NCBI RefSeq assembly: GCF_018350175.1
Contig: NC_058383.1
Span: 17,300,001-17,360,000 of the forward strand
DNA from: Felis catus
Lineage: Eukaryota
Length of the DNA stretch: 60,000 nucleotides
Reading direction: 5' to 3'
Of the stretch, positions 17,875 through 30,988 are shown in pieces. Both the position numbers and the translations under genes were made by a program. Position 1 is the stretch's first letter. Each line of letters starts with the position of its first letter. The notes under the pieces are model-generated. The model had not been told where the DNA came from. It worked only from the letters and a program-made list of their open reading frames with translations, and searched no databases.

Positions 17875-19419
17875 ACTAGAATTGATGCCACTAAACTATG
17901 GTCTATTATAAAAATCAATCTGAAAACAGGGTAAAAATAAAGTTGGAGGGGCACCTGGGTGGCTTAGTCAATTAAGTGTCTGACTATTGATTTCGGCTCA
18001 AGTAGTGATCTCACTGTTCGTGAGATCAAGCCCTGCCTCAGGCTCTGTGCTGACAATGCAGAGCCTGCTTCAGATTCTCTCTCCCTCTCTCTCTGTCTCT
18101 CTCTCAAAATAAGAGAAAAAAAAAGATTCTCTCTTCCTCTCCCTCTGCCCCTCTCCTGTGTGCACATGCCCTCTGTCTAAAAAAATTTTTAGTCACTTAA
18201 TTAAATAAATTCCAAATAATGGAGATCCCTGACAGTAGCCAAATCTCCTAAGAAATCTCTGTGGAACAGTCCCCAGCAAAAAGAGATCAGGAAGCCACAT
18301 GGTTTCTTCTACAAGCTAATTGGGGCTAAATACAAGTCCACACCTAGACAGCTTGTGTACTAACCTAACCCAAGTGGACTTTAGTGATCAGAAATATAAG
18401 ACCATTTCTTGGAAAGGTCAACTACCAAAAGAACTAACCCAATTTCAAAACCAAGATGCAAAGCAGGTGCCCCCTCTGTAGAGAACTATGAGAAATATGG
18501 ATCAGAGGGCAGGGCCAGTCAAGATCACTAGCAGATTACTATCCATTCTAACACTGGCCCAGCTTCAGTCTATTGTTCTGGACCAAGATCTTGGCAGGGT
18601 CTTTCAAAATGGCTGATAGTATGAGATTGAGAAAAGCAGTCCGAGACGTTTCTTTTGGGCATGGTAGGCCATACTAAGTTTAATTCAATTATAAGAGCCT
18701 TGAGCAGCCACAGAAGATTTTTTTGTTTATTTTTAAAAATTTGTTTTAATGTTTATTTATTTCTGAGAGAGAGAGAGAGAGAGAGCATAAGCAGGGGAGG
18801 GGCAGAGAGATAAGGAGACAGAATCTGAAGCAGGCTCCAGGCTTTGAGCTGTCAACACAGAGCCCAACACGGGCTTGAACCCACGGACCTCAAGATCGCC
18901 ACCTCAGCCAAAGTCAGATGCTTAACTGACTGAGCCACCCAGGTGCCCCAAATTTATTTTTTATTTAAGTAATCTCTACACCCAATGTGTGGCTCAAACT
19001 CACAGCCCCAAAATCAAGAGTCACATGCTCTTCTGACTGAGCCAGATGGGCACCCCATCCACAGAAAATTTTGAATCAGGGGCAAACAATTTTATGTATT
19101 TATTTTTATTTTTTAAATGTTTATTTAAGCAATCTCTATACCCAACATGAGGCTCAAACTCATGACCCCGAGATCAAGAGTTGCATGCTCCACCAACTGA
19201 GCCAGCCAGGCACCCCATAAGAAGGGGCAAACAATTTTTTTATATGTTTATTTATTTTTGAGAGAGAGAGAGAGTGGTGGGGAGGGGGGACAAAGGATCC
19301 AAACCCAGAGCTCAACGCGGGGCTCAAACCCATGAACCCCGAGATCATGACCTGATCTGAAATCAGATGCTTAACCAACTGAGCCACCCAGGTGTCTCAT
19401 TTTATTTTTTTAAGTTTGT

Positions 19420-19458
<39 letters not shown>

Positions 19459-21001
19459 GAGAGCAGATGCAAGTGGGGAAGAGGCAGAGAAAGAGAGGGA
19501 GAAAGAGAGAATCCCAACCAGGCTCTGCACTATCAGCACACAGCCTGATGCAGGGCTTGAACTCATGAACCTTGAGATCATGACCTGAGCCAAAGCCAGA
19601 CACTTACCCGGCTGAGCCACCCAGGCACCCCAGGGCAAAGAGTTATTAAATTTGATTTAATAGCCGCCAAGGTCCCACTCTTGGGGACCATGGAGCAGAT
19701 AGGAACAATGGTTATTGTAAGCTGGACAAATAATCTAGAACAGATTGGTTGTCCCATATGACTTTCTGCAATAAAGAAATTCCACAACCTTGCTGTCTAG
19801 TGTGGGAACCACTAGCTGCATGTGATACTGAGTATTTGAATGGTGGTTACTGTAACTAAGCAAGTACATTTTAATTTATACTTAATCAATTTTAATTTTA
19901 TTTTTGGGGGGAGGGAGAGAGAGAGAGATGGAAGGTGAGGAAGAGAGAATCTCAAGCAGGCCCCACACACCCAGCACAGAGCCGAACTCAAGGCTCCATC
20001 CCCACGACCATGAGATCATGACCCAAGCAGAAATCAAGAGTCTGATGATCAACTGATCGAGCCACCCAGGCACCCTTTTAATTTTAATTTTAATTCTAAT
20101 TTTAGTAGTCAATGTGGTTAGTGACCTCTGTAGTGGACAGTACAGGTGTAGAAGTCCAGCACATGTAGCTCTAGTCCCTTGGGAGCTCTTGGGATTCAGT
20201 GAGAAACCCCAGTAGTCTGAATGGAAGGGTGCCCTGAGTTGGGGGTTCCATGATGACAGCACGGAGCCTACTTAGGATTCTCTCTCTCCCTCTCTCTCTC
20301 TGCCCCTCTACCACTAGTGCACACACACTTTTTTTCTCTCTCTCTCCTAAAACAAACAAACAAACAAACAAACAAACAAACATAGTCTGAATGGACTTCT
20401 GTTTCCTACAGTTTTCTTCTTCATACACTCATTTTATGTACGTATGTATGTACGTGAGCTCTTTGCCCAAAGTGGGGCTCAAATTCAGAACCCTGATGAA
20501 GAGTCCCATGCTCTACCAGCCAGGCACCCCCTCATGCACTCATTTTATTTTATTTTTTAATGTTTATTTATTTATTTTGAAAGAGAGAGAGAGAGTAGGG
20601 AAGGGGCAGAGAGAAAAGGAGAGAGAAAATCCTAAGCAGCCTCCAGAGCTGGACTCAGGGCTTGATCCCACAAACCACAAGATCATGCCTAAGCTAAAAT
20701 CAAGACTCAGATGCTCAACCGACTGAGCCACCCAGACACCCCTAATACACTATTTTAGATATTTAGAATTCAGAAAGCAAAAACAACCCACAGGCCTCCA
20801 AGTCAGGGCCCTATTACTCCAGCCACTTCTCAAAACTCTTGCCCTTGGGGCACCTGGGTGGCTCAGTCAGTTAAGTGTCCAACTCTTGATTTCAGCTCAG
20901 GTCATGATCTTGAGGTTCCTGTTTGAGAGCCACATTGGGCTCTGCACTGATTGCTGAGCCTGCTTGAGAGTCTCTCTCTGCCCCTCCCATGCTCACCTGT
21001 G

Positions 21002-21045
<44 letters not shown>

Positions 21046-21046
21046 A

Positions 21047-21089
<43 letters not shown>

Positions 21090-21935
21090 AATCTTACAGT
21101 GCCTGGGGTCCTCAGTGGGTTAAGTGTCGACTTCAGTTCAGGTCCCTCGCAGGGCCCGCTTCAGATCCTCTGTCTCCCTCCTTCTCTGCCCCTCTCCAGC
21201 CTTCAAACATGTGTACATTCTCTCTCTCTCTCTCAAAAATAAGTAAACATTTTTAAAAAATCTAGTCCTCACTTCCATCCTCTCCTGGCCTCCCCTCTTC
21301 ATCCCCAGGGACCGCATTGGCTTAGCCACACTCATCTATTTTGTGAAGAACCCCACAACTGCTCTCCTCCAAGACAGAGCTATCCCTGAAACCAACCAGA
21401 TCATTTCCTCTGTTTCTCAAGAACCACTCTCCAAATGGCATATAATGCATCTCACTAAGATGAGGTACTCTTGAAGTAGGGCTGCTTATTTGAAACCAAA
21501 GTGCTGAGTACTGGGGCAATTTCTGGCTCCAGTGGGCCTCACCTGCTCCAGGCCTATATTGGGAGAAAGGTTGGGAGATGACTCAGGTGGTGACCTGGTA
21601 ACAACATGGTCTCTGGAGCCCAGGTGATGGAGGCTGGGGGTCCAGCAGAGAAAAATGGAAAGAGGAACAGTTACTCTTCCTGTCACAAGGGGGAGCACCA
21701 GGAGGCACAACTGGATCCTACCTGTTGACCAGGCTTCTCATACAGAGTGGAGTCAATATGTCCTCAGCTTTCATCAGTACTTTCTCAAGGGTGCCTGGGT
21801 GGCTCAGTTAAGCGACTGACTCTTGATTTCAGCTCAGGTCATGATCTCACGGTTCACAAGAAGCCTCTCATTAGGCTCTGTGCTTACAGCGCAGAACTTG
21901 CTCGGGATTTTCTCTCCCTCTCTCTGCCCCTACCC

Positions 21936-21987
<52 letters not shown>

Positions 21988-22078
21988 ATAAATAAACATT
22001 AAAAAAAATAATAATAATTTCTCAAATATCCCCAGAGGATCACTCCATCGAGTAACATGGACTATGCATTTTATTTAT

Positions 22079-22114
<36 letters not shown>

Positions 22115-22397
22115 ACAAGCAGGGAAGCGGCAGAGAGAAAGAGAGAGAGAGAGAATCCCAAGCAGGCTCTGCACTGCCAGCATAGAGCCCCATGCAGGGC
22201 TCGAACTCCCAATGAGATCATGACCTGAGCCACAATCAAGAGTCAGACACTTAACCAACTGAGCCACCCAGGTGCCCCTAGACTGTGCATTTTAGACTCT
22301 ACATCAAGTTTTTTGGAGCACGCCCCAGAAAGTCTCATTCTTCCAAGCAGAGGAGACAACACAGTTACTTAGCAAGACAATATTATGGCCAAGGTAA

Positions 22398-22579
22398 CAG
22401 GGTAGCCAGATTTACCAAGTAAAAATATAAGACACCCAATTAAATCTAAATTTCAGACAAACACAAATGATTTTTTAGTATGAGCATGTCCCAAATATTG
22501 CATAGGACATAGTTATACCAAAAAATTTATTAATTATGTGAGATTTAACTGAACATCCTCTATTTTATCTAGTAACCTT
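22398..22579. mobile_element. MER53-like palindromic hAT MITE
   Basis: Inverted termini agggtagccagat / atctagtaacct and a central hairpin atgtcccaaatattgcataggacat; resembles MER53 (from memory). Confidence 0.75.
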
Positions 22580-22988
22580 GCGAGGCATTACATCTGCCTT
22601 AACAGTTTTCCAAACTGAAATATTTACAGACTTGCTCTGCAGGGGTACCTGTTCTGGGGTGCATTCGAGTAGACACCCCAGATTCTTTTCTGAGGAGACA
22701 GAGGGTCTTGCCAGCAAGATCTTCACAGAGGAGCTCTGACCAGAAGTGGAGTAACTTCCAGTTTGTGCACATCCTCTTATCACAGGGAGATGCAGCGCTG
22801 TCCGCCTCAGCTTATGTAACCTGTATGTGGCTATGCCGCTCGTGAAACGGTCACCTGTTCCCACCATTCAGCACCTTTCAAAAGCTTGGCTGATAGAAAC
22901 AACATTTTTCTTCCAGTTTTATTAAGAAATAATTGACATACAAGTGAAACAATATTTTTATTAAAAAAATTAATGTTTATTTATTTTT

Positions 22989-23023
<35 letters not shown>

Positions 23024-23640
23024 ACTGGGGGAGAGGCAGACAGAGAGGGAGACACAGAATCCAAAGCAAGCTTCAAGCTCTAAGCTGTCAGCAGAGAGCC
23101 CGACGCAGGCCTCGAACTCACCACGAGATCATGACCTGAGCCAAAGTCAGACGCTTAACCCAGCTGAGCCACCCAGGCACCTTGCAAAACAATATTTTTA
23201 AAGGATTATCTGAAGAATGTCTTTTTTTCTAGGTCAGTGATAATCAACCTTTTTAGTGAGAAGAAGCCCAGTTCAGAAAATAAGTAACCTGTTACCAAAT
23301 TTTTTAAAAAAGAGATTATGTCTTTTTTTTATCAGGAATGTAATAGCAACAACTTTGCTTAAGCATGCTTTTATTGTTTCTCCGATTGCTAAAGGGTTTC
23401 ATTATTTTGGTTAAACTTTCAGAAACTACATAACGTACTCCCTGGTGTATCTGATGTAATGCTCCACCTTCTACCAAAGTTTGTGGTCTAGGAAAGCATT
23501 TTTGGATCTGGTTCAGTTCATTTATCCTTAACTGACCCCAAAACCCACTTACTTGTAAGATGTGTTTTATCTCTTTCCATTCAGGTATAATGACCATACA
23601 GTAAAGTGATAAACTGTACTAATCTTAAAAGTTCAGCTTA

Positions 23641-23860
23641 GGGGCGCCTGGGTGGCGCAGTCGCTTAAGCGTCCGACTTCAGCCAGGTCACGATCTCGCG
23701 GTCCGGGAGTTCGAGCCCTGCGTCAGGCTCTGGGCTGATGGCTCAGAGCCTGGAGCCTGTTTCCGATTCTGTGTCTCCCTCTCTCTCTGCCCCTCCCCTG
23801 TTCATGCTCTGTCTCTCTCTGTCCCAAAAAACTAAATAAACGTTGAAAAAAAAAAAAAAC
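23641..23860 (+). mobile_element. Young felid SINEC_Fc-type element
   Basis: CpG-rich diagnostic sequence; imperfect TSD aaaagttcagctta / aaaacgttcagatta. Confidence 0.85.
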
Positions 23861-25583
23861 GTTCAGATTAGTGAAATTTTGCATTTGTGTTCACCTGTGT
23901 AGCCACTACCCAGATCAAGATATAGAACTTTCCCGCACTCCAGCAAGTTTCTCTGTGTCCCTTCCTAGTCAAAACTTCCACCAGAGGTAACCATTGTTCT
24001 GACTTCCATCAATGGCAATTAGTTGTTATTTTTTTTAATGTTAATTTATTTTTTGAGAGAGCGAGAGTGAGAGCATGCATGGGCGGGGGAGGGGCAGAGA
24101 GCGAGGGAGACAGAAGACCTGAAGCGGGCTCTGCACTGAGCAGAGAGCCTGATTCAGGGCTCAAACCCATGAACCAGGAGATCAGCATACAGCCTGACAT
24201 GGGGCTTGAACTCATGACCCTGGGAACAGGGGTCCAAGCTAAAATCAAGAGTTGGCAAGCTCAGTCGACTAAGCTACCCAGGCACCACCCTAGTGCTTCT
24301 TGATTAAGGATTCTTTAAAATGAGAATCTTCCCATTGCAAATAAATAAGGTTAACTGTGCTAACTTTTAATCATAAAAATCAATACAGCTTCCCACATAT
24401 GAGCCTTAGCTATTCCATAAACCACTCTCCTGACCCTCACAATGCCTAAATTGAACCAATATGTATTCACAGCCAGCATGGCCAAGAAATACCAGTGCAG
24501 GGGCATCCAGATAGTTCAGTAAGTTAGGAGTCCTACCCAGGGCGCCAGAGTGGCTCAGTCAGTTAAGCATCCAACTTCACCTCGGGTCATGATCTCACTG
24601 TTCATAGGTTCAAGCCCCACATGGGGCTCTGTGCTGACAGCTCAGAGCCTGGAGCCTGCTTCGGATTCTGTGTCTCCCTCTCTCTCTGTCCCTCCCTTGC
24701 TCATGCTCTGTCTCTCTCTCTCTCTTAAAATAAAAAAAAAAAGGTAAAAAGAAAAAAAAGAGTCTGACTCTTGATATCGACTTGGGTCATAATCTCACGG
24801 TTCATGAGATTGAGCCCCACAATGTGCTCTGTGCTGACAGCAGAGGGAGCCTGCTTTCTCTCTCTCTCTCTCTCTCTCTCTCCCTCTCTCTCTCTCTGCC
24901 CCTCCCCTGCTCATGCTGTCTCTCTCTCTCTCTCTCTCTCTCAAAATAAATTAAATAAACATTAAAAAATTAAAAAGAAAATATGCAGTAATATTACTGC
25001 AGTGCAGTAATATGCCAACATTGGCACCATTTGAACCCCAATTTCCTCATCTGAATTTTTTTTGAAAGATAGAGAGAGAGGGGGCACAAGTGAGCAAGGG
25101 GCAGAGAGACAGAGAGAGAGAGAGACAGAGAGAGAGAAAATCCCACAAGGGAGAGAGAGAAGCGGGCTCACCCAAAGCAGGGCTAGAACTCACAAACTGT
25201 GAGATCATGACATGAGACAAAGTCAGATGCTTAACCAACTGAGCCACCCAGGGGCCCCCTCCTCATCTGAATTTAAAGGACTTCCAGGGGTGCCTGGGTG
25301 GCTCAGTCAGTTAAGGGCCCAACTTCAACTCAGGTCACGATTTTATGGCTCATGAGTTCAAGCCCCACATTGGGCTCTGTGCTGACAGCTCGGAGCCTGG
25401 AACCTGCTTCAGATTCTGTGTCTCCCTTTCTCTCTGTCCCTCCACCCCTCATGCTCTGTCTCTTTCTCCTTAAAAAATAAATAAGCATTAAAAAAATACT
25501 AAAAATAAAAAATAAAGGCCTTCCGAAAATTTGATCTCAGAACACACTGGGAAGACAGGGGACAGTAGTCAGTACTTTCTGGC

Positions 25584-26557
25584 TGTGGCAGGCCGATAAA
25601 CCCCAAAGATGTCCACAGCTAATCCCCAGAAACTGTGAATATTTTACTTTACATGGCAAAAAGAACTTTGCAGATGTGATTGAAAGTATGGAATTTTGGA
25701 TAGAGAGAGTATCATGGATCACCCAGGTGGGCCCATTAATCGCGTGAATCCTTAAACTCAGAGAACTTTTCCTGGTTTGGTCAGAGAGAAAGATGTAAAG
25801 ACAGAAGGTCAGAGAGATGTAACCTTGCTGGTTCTGAAGATGGAGGAAGGGAGCCATGAGCCAACAAATGAAAGCAGCCTCTAGAAGCTGAAAAGGCAAG
25901 GAAATGGATTCTTCCTTAGTGCCTCTAGGAAGGAACTCAGCCCCTTGATACCCAGGGCGATATTAGCCCAGCAAGACCCACATCAGACTTTTTTTTTTTA
26001 TGTTTATTTATTTATTTTAAGAGAACAAGCACGTGCAGAGGGGAGGATCAGAAAAAGAGGGAGAGAGAGAATCCCAAGTAAACTCCACATTGTCAGCACA
26101 GAGCCTGACGTGGGGTTTGATCTCATGACTCTGATATCATGACCCTGAGATCATGACCTGAGCTGAAATCAAGAGTTGGATGCTTAGCCAACTGAGCCAC
26201 CGAGGAGCCCTGACCCATGTCAGACTTTAAATCCTCAGAATTAGGAGATAACAAGTTTCAGGGCACCTAGGTGGCTCAGTTAAGCATCTGACTCTTGGTT
26301 TCTGCTCTGATCATGATCTCATGGTTTCGTGAGTTCAAGCCCCACATTGGGCTCTGCACTGACAGTGTGGAGTCTGCTTGGATTCTCTCTCTCCCCCTCT
26401 CTCTGCCCCTCCCCCACTGGCACTATCTCTGTCACTCTCAAAACAAATAAGTAAAAACTTTAAAAAAGAAAAAAAAAGAAGAAGATAACAAGTTTGTGTA
26501 GTTTTAAGCCACTAAGTGTATGGTAATTTGTTACATCAACCATAGAAAACGAATACA
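25584..26557 (+). mobile_element. MLT1D-like MaLR solo LTR interrupted by two SINEs
   Basis: Starts tgtggcagg...ccccaaagatgtccac...tgtgaatat...catggcaaaaagaactttgcagatgtgatt and ends ...taagccactaag...ggtaatttgttac...atagaaaacgaataca. Confidence 0.75.
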
Positions 26558-27062
26558 TTAGCTGATCTGTAATTTCCCCTTCCATGAATCAGACCAGCAG
26601 AGAACTGTGTGTCTATGTACTGCCTCTCTTACCCAGAGGCAACCATCATATAATTATTTTATTGACTTGTGGTTTGATTATGGGGTTATTGGCTGACATT
26701 AAGCAGCACTATAAACATCAACCTTATGAAACTCTTTGTTGCTTTTACCATAATGGTGTGGTTGAGGAAGATTTCATTACACCAAAGTTTCCTCTCCATC
26801 AGAACCTGCAGAAAATTATTTTCTGTCCTAGTACTTGGAAGAGAGACTCCTGGTTGGGTTTCCCTCTTTGTTGGCTGCTAGGAAGCTTAGAGCAGTGATT
26901 CTCATGCAAGCACACCTTGGGCTGGAAGAACTACCAGGATCACCAGGGCAGTTTTTGCAAACTGTATTTGCATCCCCCAGGAATTTCAATCTGTCTCCTT
27001 GGAGGAAACTGTTCCCCCTTCCTCCCACAAGATCCATCGCTTTGCCAAGCCACTGTGCTATT

Positions 27063-28098
27063 TGATGACAGACAAAATTTTCTAAAGGCCTGATACATAA
27101 GGGAAGCCATTTTAGATTTCTAAGTCAGCATGACTACATAAACTTTGTTTAAACCAAAAGCCAGGGTGAGGGGGTGGCCCTTGGCTAGCTCAGTCCATGG
27201 AGCATGCAACACTTAATCTCAGGGTTGTGAGTTCAAGCCCTGTATTGGGTAGGGAGATTATTTAAAAAACAAAATCTTAAAAAAAAAATCCTTAAAAAAC
27301 AAAACAAGGGATGCCTGGGTGGCTCAGTCAGTTAAGCATCCAACTTCAGCTCGGGTCATGATCTCAAGGTTTGTGAGTTTGAGCCCTGCGTTGGGCTCTA
27401 TGCTGACAACTCAGAGCCTAGAGCCTGCTTTGGATTTTGTCTCCCTCTCTCACTGCCCCTCTCTCCCCTGCTTGAGCTCTGTGTCTGTCTCTCAAAAATA
27501 AATAAACATTAAAAAAAATTAAAAAACAAAACAAAAGCCTGATTTATGGCACATCCAGCATACATTGTACCCTTGCTTTGTAAATGAGGAGCCTAAAAGA
27601 AAGTCATCATATCCGTAAGATATGGTCAGTGCACCTACTCACTGAATTCCTTGACATTAAAACTTGTGATTCCTGCCTATATGTTAATCTATAATCTCTT
27701 GACTTTTATAACAGGTAAAAAAAGTATATAACCCTTGGGGTGCCAGAGTGGCTCAGTCAGTTAAGCCTCCAACTCTTGATTTTGGCTCAGGTCATGATCT
27801 CTCAGTTCATGGGATTGAGCCCCACATTGGGCTCTGTGCTGTCAGCGTGGAGCCTGCTTGGGATTCTCTCTCTCCTTCTCTCTCTGCCCCTCCCCTGCTT
27901 GTGCTGTCTCTCTCTCTCAAAAATAAGTAAGTAAACATTTTAAAAAAGTGTATAACCCTGTAAAAACTCTTTATCCTCTGGAGCACCTTCTTCCTGTGAA
28001 GACCATGTCTCCCAAGCAACTGTCCTAACTTGGGCTCAAACAAAACTCCCTTCCTCACTTATAGGGATTCTGAAAGGTTTGTTCCTTTTGCATCGACA
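27063..28098 (+). mobile_element. ERV1-type solo LTR containing SINEs, inserted in a hAT-Charlie MITE (about 26893-28162)
   Basis: TG...CA ends, TATA-like tataaccc, and 3' end ...gggctcaaacaaaactc...ttttgcatcgaca. Host TIRs are cagtgattctca (26893) and tgagaattactg (28151). Confidence 0.55.
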
Positions 28099-28513
28099 TA
28101 TCTAAAGGAGCAAGTCCTATTTCTCAGGTCTGTTGATTTGGAGAAAGTGTTGAGAATTACTGTCTTAGGGACACTTGACTGGCTCAGTCGATAGAGCATG
28201 CAACTCTTGATCTCAAGTCATGAGTTTGAGCCCCACATTGGATGTAGTTTACTTTAAAATTTTGTTTAACGCTTATTCATTTCTGAGAGACAGAGAGAGA
28301 CAGAATGTGAGGGGGGAGGAGCAGAGAGAGAGACAGACAGACAGACAGACAGGATCCGAAGCAGGCTCCAGGCTCTGAGCTGTCAACACAGAGCCCGATG
28401 CAGGGCTCGAACCCACGAATTGTTGAGACCATGACCTGAGCCGAAGTTGGACGCCCAACCGACTGAGCCACCAATGCGCCGCTGAATGTCGTTTACTTTA
28501 AAAAAAAAAGAGA

Positions 28514-28740
28514 GGGGCGCCTGGGTGCCGCAGTTGGTTAAGCGTCCGACTTCAGCCAGGTCACGATCTCGCGGTCCGTGAGTTCGAGCCCCGCGTCAGG
28601 CTCTGGGCTGATGGCTCGGAGCCTGGAGCCTGTTTCCGATTCTGTGTCTCCCTCTCTCTCTGCCCCTCCCCTGTTCATGCTCTGTCTCTCTCTGTCCCAA
28701 AAATAAAATAAAAAACGTTGAAAAAAAATTTTAAAAAAAA
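28514..28740 (+). mobile_element. Young felid SINEC_Fc-type element
   Basis: CpG-intact diagnostic sequence inserted in an A/AG-rich tail. Confidence 0.85.
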
Positions 28741-30171
28741 AGAGAGAGACAGAGAGACAGAGAGGGAAGGAGGGAGAGAGAGAGAATTATTTTAGAACAG
28801 CAGTTCTCATATATGATCCTGGAAGTCCTGGAGGGGTTCACAGGCCCTTTCAAGGGGTGCCCAAGGCCAAAGCTATTTTCATGATATCAAGTGTACAATA
28901 CAGGTTTCCAACAGCTACTTGACCAGTGATATTCCAAAAGGCTGGATGCCAAAGCAGACATGAGAATCCAGCTGTAGCCTATTAATCCAGACACTAGTGA
29001 GGTTTGCAAAAATGTCACTCTTTTCACTTTTAAAACATCACTCTTTTCACTATTTTCTATTACATTTAAAAAATTTTTTTAAGTTTAGTTATTTACCTTG
29101 AGAGATAGAGACAGCGCGAATGAGAGAGCTGGTGTGCAGAGGAGGGGCAAAGAGAGAAAATCCCAAGCAGGCTCCATGCTGTCAGTGCAGAGCCCTACAT
29201 GGGGTTCAAACTCACGAACAATGAGATCGTGACCTGAGCTGAAACGAAGAGTCATAGGCCCAACCGACTGAGCCATCCAGGCGCCCCTTCACTATGATTT
29301 TTGAAAATATAGCTATTTTTCATTAAAAAATACGTTACTTACATGAACATGTAACGCAGTAATTCTTTAGTGAATTAATAAATAATTTTAAGTATTTCTG
29401 AGTTTTAATTTCAAAGGCAGTAAATATTGATAGATATAACCCACATAAGCAAAAATTATTTGGATTCCTCAATAATTTTTAAAAGTGTAAGGAGGTTGGG
29501 GCACCTGGGTGGCTCAGCTGGTTGAGTGTCAGATTTCGACTCAGGTCATGATCTCGCATTAATTAATGGGTTCAAGCCCTGCATCGGGCTCTGTGCTGAC
29601 AGCTCAGAGCCTGGAGCCTGCTTTGGATTCTGTGTCTCCCTCTCTCTCTGCCCCTCCCCTGCTCATGATCTGTCTCTGTCTCTCAAAAAATAAAATAAAA
29701 CATTGAAAAAAATTTTAATAAAAAAATACAAATAAAGGTGTAAGGAGGTCCTGAAACCAAAATGTTTGAGAACTACTGAATTGCAGCAAATACTTTGTAG
29801 GCGAGAGTGCTCCTGGTATGCATGTTTTGCTTTAACCATCCCATACACTCTCTTTTTTCTACTTTTATTTGCCAATTGCCTGTTTTTTCTGAGTGTTTGT
29901 TGTCTAAATAACTAGTTCTTTATCCTTGGAGGGGCAAATGCCCGCAAATGAGCGCCCCAGGAGACTTAGAAACTCCAGGAATGTGATTCTTGATGTTGGA
30001 GTCCTGAGTTCAAACCTGAGGTTGGACACAGAGCTTACTTAAAAAGTAAATAAATAGGGGAACCTGGGTGGCTCAGTCAGTTGACAGCTCAGAGCCTGGA
30101 GCCTGCTTTGGATTCTGTGTCTCCCTCTCTTTCTGCCCCTCCCCCGCTCACACTCTGTCTATGTCTCTCTT

Positions 30172-30216
<45 letters not shown>

Positions 30217-30779
30217 AATACATAAACATTAAAAAAAATTTGGGGGGGGGTGCGCCTGGGTGGCTCAGTTGGTTAAGCTGCCAACTTCAGCTCAGGTCAT
30301 GATCTCATGGTTTGTGGACTGGAGCTCCATCCACATCGGGCTCTGTGCTGACAGCTTGGAGCCTGGAGCCTGCTTTCAGATTCTGTGTCTCCCTCTCTCT
30401 CTGTGCCCCTCCCCAACTCGTTCTCTGTCTGTGTGTGTGTGTGTGTCTCTCTCTCAAAAATAAATAAACGTTAAAAAAAATTTTTTTTAGGGTACCTGGG
30501 TGGCTCAGTTGGTTAAGAGGCCAACTCTTCGTTTTGGCTCAGGTCATAATCTCTCTGTTTCATGAGTCCAAGCTCCAAGCTGGCAGTGAGGAGCCTGCTT
30601 GGGATTCTCTCTCTTCCTCTCTCTCTGCCCCTCCCTCACTTGCACTATCTCTGTCCCTCTCAAAATAAATAAACTTAAAAAATGTTTTTAATAATAAACA
30701 AATAAACTTATTATGAAGCTATTGCCACCAAGTTTACCTTCATTGTGTCCGCAGACTAGCTAAGGTTAGCAAGGTTATC

Positions 30780-30950
30780 AATTAACTCCACTCAATTGTT
30801 GGGTCCCGATATTTGCATTTTCTCTCTCCCTGGTCACCTGATCTTATTTTCCCCTGCTCTTGTTGCGCTGGGATTGTACCTCCCAATAAAGCACAAGCAT
30901 GTAGGGTTTGCCCAGACCTCTATTTACTAGGGAAACTGGACTAATAGAGT
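30780..30950 (+). mobile_element. 3' end of an ERVL-class LTR (LTR16/LTR33-like)
   Basis: ctgggattgtacctcccaataaagcac...gtttgcccagacctctatttactagggaaactggactaa resembles ERVL LTR termini (from memory); subfamily not determined. Confidence 0.5.
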
Positions 30951-30988
30951 CATTGTTAGCTTATATTCTTGGTAACAAAATAGATATA

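Noticed and set aside
7021..30463. Many similar 60-100 aa ORFs (MAQLVKHLTSAQVMIS...) that look like a peptide gene family
   Set aside because: All are translations of SINEC copies.
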